This document shows positions 11,560 through 23,792 of a DNA stretch of 64,000 nucleotides, piece after piece (position 1 is the first letter of the stretch; each line of letters starts with the position of its first letter). A program made the position numbers and the translations under genes. The DNA comes from Mustelus asterias (lineage: Eukaryota), in contig NW_027590122.1 in NCBI RefSeq assembly GCF_964213995.1, forward strand, positions 1,798,001-1,862,000. The letters run 5' to 3'. The notes below the pieces were generated by a model. It did no database searches. It was not told where the DNA came from and was given only the letters and a program-made list of their open reading frames with translations.

Positions 11560-11910
11560 AGGGGGCGGGGCTCCCGGGTCCGCGCGCCTGAACCCAGAGT
11601 GATTGCTATTGGCCGATTCAGGCAGGGCTCCATTGTGCCGTCACAATGACTCGAGGGGCGTTCCCAGCACACAGTGTCCCATTGGCAGCAATATCACTGG
11701 TTACAGAAGCAAAACACTGCGGATTGGACACCAGCTCAGCGCGGCTGGCGGTCAAAGCCCCGCCCACCCGCACGTGTGCTCGGGTTCCGCCCCCTCATTG
11801 TCTCCATGCAGCAGATTGACCAATGGCAACGCGTGGAGGACCGGATGGGCGCTGGTCCTCCAGCCAATCAGAGTCCGGGCTTTGTATCAATGACCGCGTG
11901 GAGCTCCCTG
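11560..11910. promoter_or_regulatory. Orphan ZNF-type promoter remnant
   Basis: GC box, several CCAAT boxes and a CATTGTG..GTCACAATG palindrome; homologous to 16920-17280 and 57780-57810. Confidence 0.5.
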
Positions 11911-12165
11911 TGGACCTGAATGTGGGGGTTCGATCAGTAAGTTTGCTGATGGTCCAAAAATTGGTGATGTGGTAAATAGCGAGGAGGAAAACTTTAGATT
12001 ACAGGATGATGTGGACGAGCTGGTTAGATGGACAGAACAGTGGCAAATGTAATTTAACCCCCTAAAGTCCGTGGTGAGGCATTTTGGGAGGACTAACAAG
12101 GCAAGGGAATAGACAATGAACAATAGGACGCCAGGAAGTGCAGAAGACCAGAGGGACCAGAGGTG
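11910..12165 (+). mobile_element. CR1 LINE RT fragment
   Basis: AGTAAGTTTGCTGATG..AAAATTGGT (SKFAD.TKIG-like), followed by the typical LQDD..L..W..QWQM region. Confidence 0.7.
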
Positions 12166-13259
12166 AATACAAGGAAAATCGGACAAAATTTATCCTGTGA
12201 GGGTCAAGAATTGGGAAGCAATTATTAAACCTCCTCTGAACCACTTTCAATGCGTTTGTATCATTTCTTAAATAGGAGACAAAGCTGCACCCAGTGTTCA
12301 AGATGCAGTCTCAGCAACGCCCTGTATAACTGAAGTACAACATCTTTACTTCTTTGTTCAATTTCTCTCATAATAAAGGATTGCATTCCATTTGTAAGAA
12401 GTTTAATCTATTTGTATTGAGATTTATGGAGTTCTCTTGTTTACAATAACCTCCCTAATCATAAATCACACCAGGTTCCAGTGTCTTAACCATGTGGCAA
12501 GAAAGAACACTTTAAATGGTGAATTCAGAAAGTTAATTAACCATTAAAAATGTAACAAGTCAGAAAGATAAAAAACAGAGTGTCGATTAACAGTTAATAG
12601 AGAAAGCTTAACATTAACAATTGAACAGACTTCTCTCCATCCCTCTCAGACCAGGACATGAAGTGACCGCTCCAAAAACATGGATAACTTGTAAAACCAA
12701 CAGCACTCAACACCTCTCAACACCTCTCTGTAAACATATCTCCCTCCACCTCTCTCTACCAAATTGGCTTCTCAAGACCACTTCTTTATACTTTAAAAAT
12801 GTCGAAAGCCCATCTTAGCCAATTCCCATAAATCTTCAATTATAAACTAAAATAGACATGAGTTTTCAGATGATTTGAAAAGAAATGAACTGTCTGCTGA
12901 AAGGGTTAACTTTTCTACAGAACCTAAAGGGATGGGGAGTGACCAGAAAAAAATTGGCCCACAATAATACCACTTTACACAAGTATAAAAATCAAAACAA
13001 ACTAGATTGTAAACTTCAGCTCTTAATTGTTTAGTTATATTCCATAACCTAATAATTTTAATTTGACCGTTTTTGTTCGGGATGGATAACTTCTGTTCTT
13101 TATAAACTGCTTCACTCATTTTGTTTATTCTACATGGGCTCGGAGAATCAGAACCCAGACTTTATCATCCTTATCCTTTTTCTCCCTTTGCCACCACTCC
13201 CTCTGTTTTGCGGGAGGGTCGTGGGGATTCCAATCAGACCGAATCATTTTATCATAAAA

Positions 13260-13435
13260 GTAAAATACTGCGGATGCTGGAATCTGAAACAACAACAGAA
13301 AATGCTGGAAAAGCTCAGCAGGTCTGACAGCATCTGTGGAGAGAGAATAGAGCCAATGTTTCAAGTCTGGATGACCCTTCATAAGAGCTGTTATGAAATG
13401 TCTTCCAGTCTCGAAACGTTGGCTGTATTCTCTAA
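13260..13435. mobile_element. Penelope-derived inverted repeat (second family)
   Basis: Head-to-head arms ending ...CTCGAAACGTTGGCT; paralog at 45325-45495. Confidence 0.55.
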
Positions 13436-14060
13436 TAATTTTATCAATAAGTTTCTTGCTCTTAGTTTCCAAATAGCAGGTAAGAGACCTGTCCAGTACC
13501 CACTCGAGCTCTGATTTTTCACTGGCCATGCTTGGGTCGGATTATAGCCATTAGAATCTACTCTCAGAGATCTGCTTTTCAGTCCAGTGCTATTTGGAGT
13601 ATACCGTCACTTCACTGACAAATGGGTCACATGTCCCTCACAGTTCTTATCACAAATTTGGGATAAAATCATTTAAACAATGCCCGAGAATGCTTTTTAA
13701 CTTCTTAACTAACTATCTGCCACTGTTTGTTGATTGGTCAGACCTCCCGTTCACAGATTCGGGTATCTCAGCCGCTGAACATCAGCCGGTCCTGGAATAA
13801 GTTTAATTCTAACTCATTCTGAGTAAATATTCTCACCAGGTCCTCTGTCAGGACCCTGCTAAGCAGCTTTAATGGTTCATGATTGCAGAAACTGAGCAGT
13901 CACAGGAATGTGGTCAAGATAGTCCAGTCCCACAATGCCTCACATTCAATCTGCAGTCCTTCAATTATAACAGAATATGTGGCTGTTTGTAGCTGCCTCG
14001 GACATGGTCAACCCCAACACTGCCTTCTTCAACTGCTACAATGCCTGAGGTGTAAGTACA

Positions 14061-14334
14061 CAGTAAGAAGTCTCACAACACCAAGTTAAAGTCCAACAGG
14101 TTTATTTAGTAGCAAACACCACTAGCTTTCGGAGCGCTGCTCCTTCGTCAGGTGAGTGGGAGTTCTGATCATACAAAATCCTGTTTTGTGAACAGAACTC
14201 CCATTCACCTGACGAAGGAGCAGTGCTCCGAAAGCTAGTGGCGTTTGCTACCAAATAAACCTGTTGGACTTTAACTTGGTGTTGTGAGACTTCTTACTGT
14301 GTTTACCCCAGTCCATCGCCGGCATCTCCACATC
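14061..14334. mobile_element. Penelope-derived inverted element with two hammerhead motifs (14120-14154 minus, 14206-14240 plus)
   Basis: Inverted arms each with CAC-CTGACGA-A-GGAGC-loop-GCTCC-GAAA-GC-TA-GTG; flanked by the direct repeat GTGTAAGTACA (14050-14060, 14335-14345). Confidence 0.75.
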
Positions 14335-14574
14335 GTGTAAGTACATCCACAGTGATATTGGGGAGAGATTTCCAGCAACACATTCCAGACTTTCACTGGA
14401 CTGTAGGTGGATATCAGATTGATATATTCCATTCAACCACACCCAAGGTGAGTTATTCCAATTCCTTTATTGTCCAGGACAATATATTCACAATATCTTT
14501 AAAACAGAAATTAAATATTCCCATTTGATTTCAGGTACTAACATATTCTGTTAGTTTGTTCTTTATTGTCGATG

Positions 14575-14870
14575 TCAGGCTGGGGTTGTTCCCCTTGGAG
14601 CAAAGGAGGTTGAGGGGAGATTTGATAGAGGTGGACAAGATTCTGACAGGTTTAAATAAGGTGGACAAAGAAAAGCTGTTCCCATTAGCTGATTGGACAA
14701 GGACGAGGGGGTCACAGATTTAAAGTTTTGGGTCAGAGATGTAGGGGGGGATGTGAGGAAGAATATTTTGATGCAGTGAGTGGTAATGACCTGGAACTTG
14801 CTGCCTACGAGGGTGGAGGCAGTGGAGACAAGACACAATTACAAAGGAAATTGGATGGGCGTTTGGGGGG
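14575..14870 (+). mobile_element. CR1 LINE 3' fragment
   Basis: LGLFPLEQRRLRGDLIEV-type C-terminus; inverted paralog at ~53235-53520. Confidence 0.75.
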
Positions 14871-15218
14871 AGGTTTCAAACAGAAATGCTGACTAAATAT
14901 CTCTGAACTTCCCAACACCCGGTCACTCTGTGATCCTAGAGAAATTTGAAACCAGGTATTCGCAACAAGACTCAAAGAGCATTAGCCCATTGGAGGCCAA
15001 GTTGTGAGACTGGTCAGTCCAGCAGAAAGAAACCCTCTGACCCTCCGCATTGACTAACTGTGAGAATGAACAAAATGCAGTCCTGGATGTAATTGAGAGC
15101 AGAAATAATAACAGCAGAATCCAACCCCTGTGAACTTGTTGGTGCCTCAGCAGCTGTGATGAAATTCTGAACCCTTTTTATACACTGAGCAGGTGGACAG
15201 TTTCTCCCCAGTGTAACC

Positions 15219-15797
15219 TCACTGATGTCTCAGCAGGTGGGACAACTGAGTGAATTCCTTCCCACACTGAGAGCAGGTAAACGGCCTCTCCCCGCTGTGA
15301 ACTCGCTGGTGTGTCCGCAGGTCGGATGACCGAGTGAATCCCTTCCCACACTGAGAGCAGGTGAACGGTCTCTCCCCAGTGTGAACTCGCTGGTGTGTCC
15401 GCAGGTCGGATGACCGAGTGAATCTCTTCCCACACTGAGAGCAGGTGAACGGCCTCTCCCCAGTGTGAATTCGCTGGTGTGTCCATAGATTGGATAACTG
15501 GTTGAATCCCTTCCCACACTGAGGGCAGATGAACGGCCTCTCCCCAGTGTGAATTCGCTGGTGTCTCTGCAAAGTGGATAACACAGTGAATCCCTTTCCA
15601 CACTGAGAGCAGGTGAACGGTCTCTCTCCAGTGTGAACTCGCTTGTGTGACTGCAGGTGGGGGAACCGAATGAATCCCTCCCCACACTGGGAGCAGATGA
15701 ATAGCCTCTCCCCAGTGTGGTTGCGCCGATGAGCATCCAGCAGAGAGGGGTATCTGTATCTCTTTCCACAGTCTGCACATTTCCATGGTTTCTCCAT
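15219..15797 (-). CDS. C2H2 zinc-finger protein, ~7 fingers, premature TGA inside the last intact finger
   Basis: ORF 15219..15833; likely start MEKPWKC in CACCATGG context; TGERP linkers; a degenerate finger follows the stop. Confidence 0.8.
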   Translation of the reverse strand: MEKPWKCADCGKRYRYPSLLDAHRRNHTGERLFICSQCGEGFIRFPHLQSHKRVHTGERPFTCSQCGKGFTVLSTLQRHQRIHTGERPFICPQCGKGFNQLSNLWTHQRIHTGERPFTCSQCGKRFTRSSDLRTHQRVHTGERPFTCSQCGKGFTRSSDLRTHQRVHSGERPFTCSQCGKEFTQLSHLLRHQ

Positions 15798-16390
15798 GGT
15801 GCAGGTGTCCTTGCCCCTGCCTTGGGTGGACAATCAGTTGAAGCCTCGTCCACACACACAATACCGGTACAGTCTCTCTCCACACACAGAACACGGGTAC
15901 AGTCTCTCCCCGCTGTGAATGGTGTGATATTTATTCAGACTGTGTAACTGGTTAAAGCTCTTCAGTCAGTGCACTGGAACACTCTCACTTGAATGTGGAA
16001 GTGTGCTGGTGCTTTTCCAGTCACACTGATGTTTGAAATCTTTTCAAATCTCCTTCCAGATTCAATGGCCGATGATATTTAGGTCCCAAGGAATATGACT
16101 CTGCCAGATCTCGACGTGACATTTGAGATTTTAGCCTGTGATTCCTCTTTCAATATCCTGTAAAACAAATTGACACAAGTCATCAGTGTCAGTACAGGGT
16201 CGAAACTCAGAACAGACAATTCCAGTTTCTATGGAACATTCTCTCTCATTCCCCAAAAGCTCTAAATCTCCATCCCACACACTCTCCCTCCATTCTCACT
16301 CTGCTGTACCTAATATTCACCCTCCCAATTCTCCTGAAGGTGCTGATTGAGGCTGATTGACAGATCCATGCTCACTGCTTCCTGTCCTGG

Positions 16391-16510
16391 AGTGGAGATG
16401 CCGGCGTTGGACTGGGGTAAACACAGTAAGGAGTCTAACAACACCAGGTTAGAGTCCAACAGGTTTATTTGGTAGCAAACGCCACTAGCTTTCGGAGCGC
16501 TGCTCCCTCG
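16391..16510 (-). mobile_element. Penelope-derived insert in the ZNF intron
   Basis: Same family as 14061-14334; flanked by TCCTGTCCTGGA on both sides. Confidence 0.7.
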
Positions 16511-16739
16511 AAGACTCCATCGAGGGAGCAGCCATTATCCTGTCCTGGACACAGAGGGCTGAAAATCTCCATGCAGGCGGCCAGACAGATCTATGCCCTT
16601 ATGACTGGACTAAAAATGTGTGGAATGTACAGACTGGATTCGCGACCTTACCCTTCAGTTGCTGCAAGTCCCCAATTTCCCCCAGAATGAGAAAAGAAAT
16701 GGAAAGGGGGAGAAAAGAAAGTGTTTTACTCAGTTGTTG

Positions 16740-17440
16740 GCGAAATGAGGACATTTCAGTCTGTCTGAAGCTTGATTGATGTGGAGATGCCGGCGTTGGA
16801 CTGGGGTAAACACAGTAAGATGTTTAACAACACCAGGTTAAAGTCCAACAGGTTTATTAATAAACCTGTTGGACTTTAACCTGGTGTTGTTAAACTTCTT
16901 ACTGAAGCTTGATTGGCATTGTCACCAAGCCCGGGCTCTGATTGGCTGGAGGTCTCGACGGCTTCCGGTCTTCCAGCGCTGCCGATTGGCCAGAGCCATC
17001 AAACTTCGGCTCGAGGAAGTGCAGGGGGCGGGAAACAATCCCAATTATGTCACTGCAGAGGAGAGTGATTCTAATTGGCTGAATCAGACTAACACCCATT
17101 GTGGACGTCACAATGACTCAGAGGGGCGTTCCCAGCACTCAGCGTCCCATCGGCAGCAAAAGCACTGCGGATTGGACAACAGCTCCGAACCTCCAGAGGT
17201 CAAACTGCCCCCGGCCCCCACGTGGCGTCATTTCGGCCCCTTGTTGTGATTGGGCCCGGGTTGACCAATGGAAAGAGATGGCGTACCGGAAATGGGAATT
17301 ATCCTGCAACCAATCACAGCGCAGTGTTTGTGCTCATGGCCGCACTCAGCTTTCCCCATTGTCTGAATGCGGAGCTCGTCAAGCTGCTCATTCCGGCCCA
17401 GCCAAGCGGCTGCTGCTCTCTTTGAATGGAGATTGAGCTG
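16740..17440. promoter_or_regulatory. Bidirectional CpG-rich promoter between the minus ZNF gene (15.2-15.8 kb) and the plus ZNF gene (19.4-20.5 kb)
   Basis: Multiple CCAAT/ATTGG boxes, GC box, GACGTCAC and CACGTG. Homologous exon-1/intron junctions point outward (~16730 minus; GTGAGT at 17872 plus). Confidence 0.65.
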
Positions 17441-17459
17441 CACACAGACTCAGATTTCC

Positions 17460-17793
17460 CATTTACCGGTCCAGGCTGCGGGCGATCGAGGGGGCCGTCC
17501 ATCCTGACTGTCTGCCCCTCTACCGCGGCTACGTTCGCGGCCAGGTGTCCCTGGAGAGGGAGCATGCGGTGTCCACAGGCGAGGTTGACGCTTTCCGCGC
17601 CCGCTGGGCACCGCAGGGGTTGGGGTGCATTATCGACCCTAATAATCACATTTTAATTTGATGTTTTTAAGTTTCCTTTGTACTTTGACTTCTGTTCGGG
17701 CTGTTCCCCCTCCTTTTTGGGGAGCTGCCCCTTTTACTTTGTCCTGATTTAATCTGAGTTTGTTTACTTGGTTTGGTTTGACCTAAAAAGAGG
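17460..17793 (+). mobile_element. 5'-truncated Tx1-clade L1 copy with a 16-bp TSD
   Basis: Translates IYRSRLRAIEGAVHPDCLPLYRGYVRGQVSLEREHAVSTGEVDAFRARWAPQGLGCIIDPNNHILI* (Tx1 ORF2 C-terminus-like), then a 3' UTR and A-rich end. Perfect ACAGACTCAGATTTCC at 17444-17459 and 17794-17809. Confidence 0.85.
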
Positions 17794-18106
17794 ACAGACT
17801 CAGATTTCCACTTGTCTCCTGCATCTGCATCCTGGACACAGTTAAACAGTCCTTAAAAGAGGCCAACATCTGTGAGTAAAACACTTTCCTTTCCCCCCTT
17901 TCCATTTCTTTTCTCATTCTGGGGGAAATTGGGGACTTGCAGCAACTGAAGGGAAAGGAAGTGAATCCAGGGAGGCCACCCAGATCTCTCTCTGTTAAGA
18001 ACATCCTTTGCTCCCTCAGCTTGACATTTATTTAAAAGTGAACTACTGCAGATGCTGGAATCTGAAACAAAAACAGAAGATGCTGGAAAATCTCAGCAGA
18101 TTTGAC

Positions 18107-18499
18107 ATAGTGCAGTCCATCACGCAAAGCAGCCTCCCATCCATTGACTCTGTCGACACTTCCTGCTGCCTCGGGAAAGCAGCCAGCATAATCAAGCATC
18201 CCCCGCACCCTGGACATTCTCTCTCCCACCTTCTTCCATCGAGAAAAAGATACAAAAGTCTGAGGACACATACCAACTGGCTCAAGAACAGCTTCTTCCC
18301 TGCTGCTGTCAGACTTTTGAATAGACCTACAGCGCATTAAGTTGATCTTTCTCTACACCCTAACTATGATTATAACACTACATTCTGCACCCTCTCTTTT
18401 CTTATATTCTGTGAATGGTATGTTTTCTGTCTACAGCACACGAAACAATACTTTTCACTGTGTCCCAATACACGTGACAGGAATAAATCAAATCAAAAT
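18107..18499 (+). mobile_element. Rex1/Babar-type LINE 3' fragment
   Basis: KAASIIKHPPHPGHSLSHLLPSRKRYKSLRTHTNWLKNSFFPAAVRLLN; tail AATAAATCAAATCAAA. Confidence 0.8.
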
Positions 18500-18534
18500 C
18501 TATGGTCATCCTGACTGGAAATATTGGCTCTATT

Positions 18535-18790
18535 CATAGAATCCCTACAGTCCAGAAGTAGGCCCTTCAGCCCATCAAGTCTGTATTGACCACAATCCGA
18601 CTCAAGCCTTATTCCCGTAACCCCACACTAGTCAATTTAGCAGAGCCAATCAACCTAACCCGCACATCTTTGGACTGTGGGAGGAAACCGGAGCACCCGG
18701 AGGAAACCCACACAGACAGTGACCCAAGGCTGGAATTGAACCCGGGATCTGGAGCTGTGAGGCAGCAGTGCTAACCACTGTGCCGCCCCA
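18535..18790 (-). mobile_element. V-SINE (HE1-like)
   Basis: rc SINE core and tRNA head. Confidence 0.85.
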
Positions 18791-18806
18791 AAACTCAAAT
18801 CAATTC

Positions 18807-18888
18807 TGGCAGCGGTGGGATTCGAACTCAGGCCCCTGCTGAGACTGCAGCCTTAATCCAGTGCCTTAGACCGCTTCACCACAGTGCC
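18807..18888 (-). pseudogene. tRNA-Leu(AAG), degenerate, inside a ZNF intron
   Basis: rc GGCACTGTGGTGAAGCGGTCTAAGGCACTGGATTAAGGCTGCAGTCTCAGCAGGGGCCTGAGTTCGAATCCCACCGCTGCCA; 82 nt with mismatches in the acceptor, anticodon and T stems. Confidence 0.75.
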
Positions 18889-18914
18889 ATTTCTCTCCCC
18901 ACAGATGCTAAAAG

Positions 18915-19217
18915 TAAAAAACATTTATTTGTTAGTCACAAGTAGGCTTACATTCACACTGTAATGAAGTTACTGTGAAAATTCTCCAGTTGCCACACTC
19001 TGGCGCCTGTTCGATACACTGAGGGAGAATTTAGCAAAGCCGATGCACCTAACTTGCACATCTTTGGACTGTGGGAGGAAACCGGAGCACCCAGGGAAAC
19101 CTATGCAGACACGGGGAGAATGTGCAAACTCCACACAGACAGTGACCCAAGTCGGGAATTGAACCTGGGTCCCTGGCGCTGTGAGGCAGCAGTGCTAACC
19201 ACTGTGACACCGTGCCT
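18915..19217 (-). mobile_element. V-SINE (second tail type)
   Basis: rc SINE head and core; same tail as 51490-51772. Confidence 0.85.
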
Positions 19218-19444
19218 CCTCAGATGCTGTCAGACCTGATGAGATTTTTCTGCATTTTTTGTTTTTGTGACACATTTATTTGTCTGACTAAAAGTATGGT
19301 CTCTTTCCTCTCTGACGAAGGGTAATCTAGACTCAAAACGTTGACTCTATTCTCTCTCCACAGATGCTGTCAGACTTGCTGAGATTTTCTGTTTCTGTTT
19401 CAAATTCCAGCATCCAGGTTCATTCGATTCATCAGGACCTGAGC

Positions 19445-20482
19445 ATGGAAGGAAAAAGCACCATTCACACCAGGGAGAAACCATGGAAATGTAGGGACTG
19501 TGGGAAGGGATTCAGACGCCCGTGCGAGCTGGAAATCCATCGACGCAGACACACCGGGGAGAGGCCGTTTACTTGCTCTATGTGTGGGAAGGGATTCACT
19601 CAGTTAATTTGCCTTCAGAGACACCAGAGACTCCACACTGAGGAGAGGCCATTCATCTGCCCCATGTGTGGGAAAGGATTCACTCTCTCATCCCACCTGC
19701 TGAAACATCAGCAAGTTCACACTGACAAGAGAAAGTTTAAATGCTCCGACTGTGAGAAGAGCTTTAAAAACCCACATGGACTGAGGGAGCACCAGCGCAT
19801 TCACACCGGGGACACACCGTTCAACTGCTCACAGTGTGGGAAGAGGTTCAGGACATCACCCCACCTTCAGATACACCAACGAGTTCATACTGGTGAGAGA
19901 CCTTTTAAATGTCCAGAGTGTGGGAAGTGCTTCAAAGGTTCTGGAGATCTTCAATACCATCAACGTGTTCACACTGATGAGAGACCGTTCAGATGCTCTC
20001 ACTGCGGAACTGGGTTCAGACGATTATTTGAACTCACTGTACATCAGCGCACTCACACTGGGGAGAGGCCGTTCATCTGCCCCCAGTGTGGGAAGGGATT
20101 CACTCAGTCCTCCAACCTGCTGACACACCAGCAGATTCACACTGAGAAGAGACCATTCATCTGCTCTGAATGTGGAAAGGGATTTGCGCGACCATCCAAT
20201 CTGCTGACACACCAGCGAGTTCACACTGGGGAGAGACCATTCACCTGCTCCGAGTGTGGGAAGGGATTTATTCGATCATCCAATCTGCTGATACACCAGC
20301 GAGTTCACACCAATGAGAGACCCTTCTCCTGCTCTGAGTGTGGGAAGGGATTTATTAATTCATCTACCCTGCAGGCACACCAGCGAATTCACACCGGGGA
20401 GAAGCCCTTCACATGCTCCACATGTGGAAAGTGTTTTAATCGATCATACAACCTGCTGGTGCACCAGCGAGTTCATAAATGA
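19445..20482 (+). CDS. C2H2 zinc-finger protein, 12 fingers
   Basis: ORF 19364..20482; likely start MEGKST at 19445; 12 CX2CX12HX3H units with TGERP-type linkers. Confidence 0.9.
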   Translation: MEGKSTIHTREKPWKCRDCGKGFRRPCELEIHRRRHTGERPFTCSMCGKGFTQLICLQRHQRLHTEERPFICPMCGKGFTLSSHLLKHQQVHTDKRKFKCSDCEKSFKNPHGLREHQRIHTGDTPFNCSQCGKRFRTSPHLQIHQRVHTGERPFKCPECGKCFKGSGDLQYHQRVHTDERPFRCSHCGTGFRRLFELTVHQRTHTGERPFICPQCGKGFTQSSNLLTHQQIHTEKRPFICSECGKGFARPSNLLTHQRVHTGERPFTCSECGKGFIRSSNLLIHQRVHTNERPFSCSECGKGFINSSTLQAHQRIHTGEKPFTCSTCGKCFNRSYNLLVHQRVHK

Positions 20483-21019
20483 CTGCACTGCTCTGCTCAT
20501 CAGATTCAGGACTGAACTTTGCTCATTATGACACTGGGGAAGTGTTGATGATGCTGCTGCAAAGTACAGGAACTGGGCTTTGACAAAATTTGCATTGATA
20601 TCACACTCTTCACAACCTCAGATCATCTCCGTGCGTAATCAGCCTCCACAAAGAGCAACATGATAATGAGCAGTGATGATCTGTTTTTAGGGAGATTGGG
20701 TGAGGGGTAATATTGCTCTCACAGGGGTGAACTCCCTGCTCTTGTTCAAAATAGTCACTATAGGATCTTAGAGAGCAGATGGGGGGGTCTTCGGTTTAAC
20801 ATCCTCATATCTCCTGATGTGGCTCAGAGTCACTGCTCCTGTAAAACCCTTTGGGATGTTTCTCATTGTCTGTAAGGAGTTTTATAAATGTGAGATCAAG
20901 GTGACATTGCAGATATAGATGTGCTGGGTGAAGCTGAACCTGATGCTGCCCACAGCTGAGAACTGAACCCACCGGAGCCACCAACAACTATTGAAAAGCT
21001 GAGGTTTTTATAATCTCAG

Positions 21020-21970
21020 ATACAGAATATAAAGAATGGCAAAGAATGACAAAAAGATCAGTAAGGAGAGGGAAATTAGAGTCTGAGAGAAGGTTAGCGA
21101 GAAATATAGAAACAGACAGTAAGAGTTTCTACAAGTCTCCACTGTGGAGGAAACAAATAACATCCTCAGAAATAACTGTGAATAAGGGAGTGAAAGGGAG
21201 AGAGGAACTTGACACAATTACAGGGAACTTATAACATGCTCCAGAGACGAGGAAGTGAGAGAATTATTGTATCTCAAAGCTGACAATTCCCTTGTCTTGA
21301 TGCACAATGTTCTCGGGTCTTACAGAAGTGGCTGCTGAAATAGTAGTTGCAATGGGTTTAATTTTCCAAAATACTCTGGATTCTGGAAAGATCCAATCAG
21401 ATTGGAAAATAGAGAATGTGACTCCTCTATTCAAGAAAGGAGGGAGACAGAAAGCAGGAAACTGTGGGCCAATTAGGTTAACATCGGTCATTGGAAAAAT
21501 TCTCGAATCTGTGATGAAGGAGGTTAAGGTAGGGCATCTCCTTATTAATGGATTCCAGCATCTCCCAATGATGGACATCAGACTCATCTTGAAAGAGAAA
21601 GAGTATTTGTAGTATCTTGGATGATGGTCTTGATCCAGTTTTGAACAAGTTGTTCACATTTCCTCTCATCCTGCTTTGTTCGAATGAAAAGATTCCCAGT
21701 TTCTCCTCATGGGAAAATGAAATTGGGACTAAGTTCGAAGATGGGTCACCCTGAGAAAACATTTCATTCCACAGTGATGGAGTGTGCTGCCTGAAAGCTT
21801 CTGGGAGCAGGTTCAACAATAACTTTCAAAAGAGAATTGGAGAAATGTTTGAAGGGAAATTATTTCTGGAGCTGTGGGGAAACAGCAGACGAGTAGGATT
21901 AATGGGATAGCTCTTCCAAAGAGTTGGCAATGACACCAATGGCAGAGTGGCTTCTTTCTGAGCTGCAGTG
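21020..21970 (+). mobile_element. Degraded CR1 LINE fragments
   Basis: DWKIENVTPLFKKGGRQKAGNCGPIRLTSVIGKILES (ORF 21307..21612) plus rearranged 3' pieces. Confidence 0.75.
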
Positions 21971-23792
21971 AATCTGTTCTGCACCGTGTTCCATGGCCTT
22001 CCTGGTGTCAGATTCCCAAAACCTGACTCAATTCTCAAACAGCAGCTGAACCAATTGTTGAGAAGTTTATTTTATAAAATGTAGGATAATATTTTCAAAC
22101 ACACGCTCCAGCTTGAATGATTTCTGTATCTAAACCCTTTATAATTTATGACAATTCATTGAGGTACGGGGTCTAATATTTTTTTGTGTTTGGGAGAGAG
22201 TTTAGTCTGAGTTCGAGGCTCAAACAGGCTCTTTACTGCAGACAGCTCACCATGGCAACACTGATAAGACATTTCATTGCACAGAATCGACTCAGAAACC
22301 CTTGCCTGAGGCCTGGCTGTACTCAGTAGCCATTGATAATTTAACATGTTTTTGTGACTGTCTTGAATCAGTGACTTTAATGCTGGTGTTACTATTTTAA
22401 AATAAACTCATTCAAAATAATTTATAAAAGTCTGCATTAAAGTATCAGATGAAGGAGTTCACAGGAGCCTGTTAACCGCTGGGACAACAATACAACAGGC
22501 ATTGAGTGAGGGACAGACGCAACCTGGAAACTGGAGGAGTGAATATTGGAAATACTGACCCTTCAGCACCCAGTGAATTCACACATGGCTCTGAGCTCCT
22601 AAACAGGGAACAGAAGCTCCTTTACAACTGGGCTTAGAGTCAGGAAGAACAGCGGTGAATGCTGGAAACGAGCTGTCAAATCAGAGATTGGTGTAAAACT
22701 GGGATCTGTTCCTGAGTGAGAGCGAAACAGTGGGGTTATAATTCCAGTCCGAAAAATGACTGGTATTTATTGTGTAATGATTTAATGTGTTTGTGATAGT
22801 CTTGAATCAGTGACTTTAAAGCTGGTGTTACTAATTTAGAATAAAGCCATTTAAAATAAATCTGTGAAAAATCAGTTGGAGGGGTTAAGAGGAGCCTGTT
22901 AACCCTGGGACAATTATACAACAGACATTGGATCTTCAGATAGAGAAGGAGCTGCAGTGTGTTTCCAGGAATTCCCTGTTTAATTGAGAATAAGCAGCTT
23001 CTGGTCCCGGGTATAAACTGGCGACAGCTTCTCGGCTGTTTCCGGTGACAGACCCGGCACAGCCAATGAGGGAGCTCTTGCTCAGAGCTGCCTCTGACAC
23101 TCTCTCTCTGGTTGGAGGACCAGCCGCCCTTTCTCATTCTTCTTCAGAAGAGTCACGTTGGACATGAAACATTAGCTCTGTTTCTCTCTCAACAGATGCT
23201 GCCAGACCGAGAGCTTTTCCAGCGTTTTCTGTTTTTATTTCACCATCTCCACCATTTCTTTCCTCCACTCCCAGTTTTCTCCCTCCCTCTCCTCTGTGTT
23301 CAGATCTCCAGCTCCTGCCTGCAGCCTAACAGTAAAATCAATGATTTTCTCTCCTGGTCACTGGGACTCTGAAGCCCCGCCCCCTCGCTGTTGTGTCAAG
23401 GTGACCACACGTGTGTTCTGCTCCCTGTTGAAACAAAATGGCAGCCATTAATCTGATCCTGGTCTGGAGCAGAATTCCTGGAGCTGCAAATGCAGGGCCT
23501 GCAGGGTTTTATTCCAGATTTGCTACCAATCCCGGGTGTTAATGACCCCTCCATCAACCTGCCAGCTCCACCGCTCCCTCATATCTCGCTGCCTCTGCCA
23601 CCACTTACCGGCAGCAAATGGGAGAAAAATCTCTTCTTCACCATCACTCACCTTGGGCATGCTCCAAACAATCCAACGCTGTTATTGTGCATTCGTCTCC
23701 CATGATGTAGAGAGGGGACTTTCCCCATCACAGAGAATGCTGGGTATACTCACCACCATTTAAGTCCCAATTAGTTTTAATTATTTATTTGG

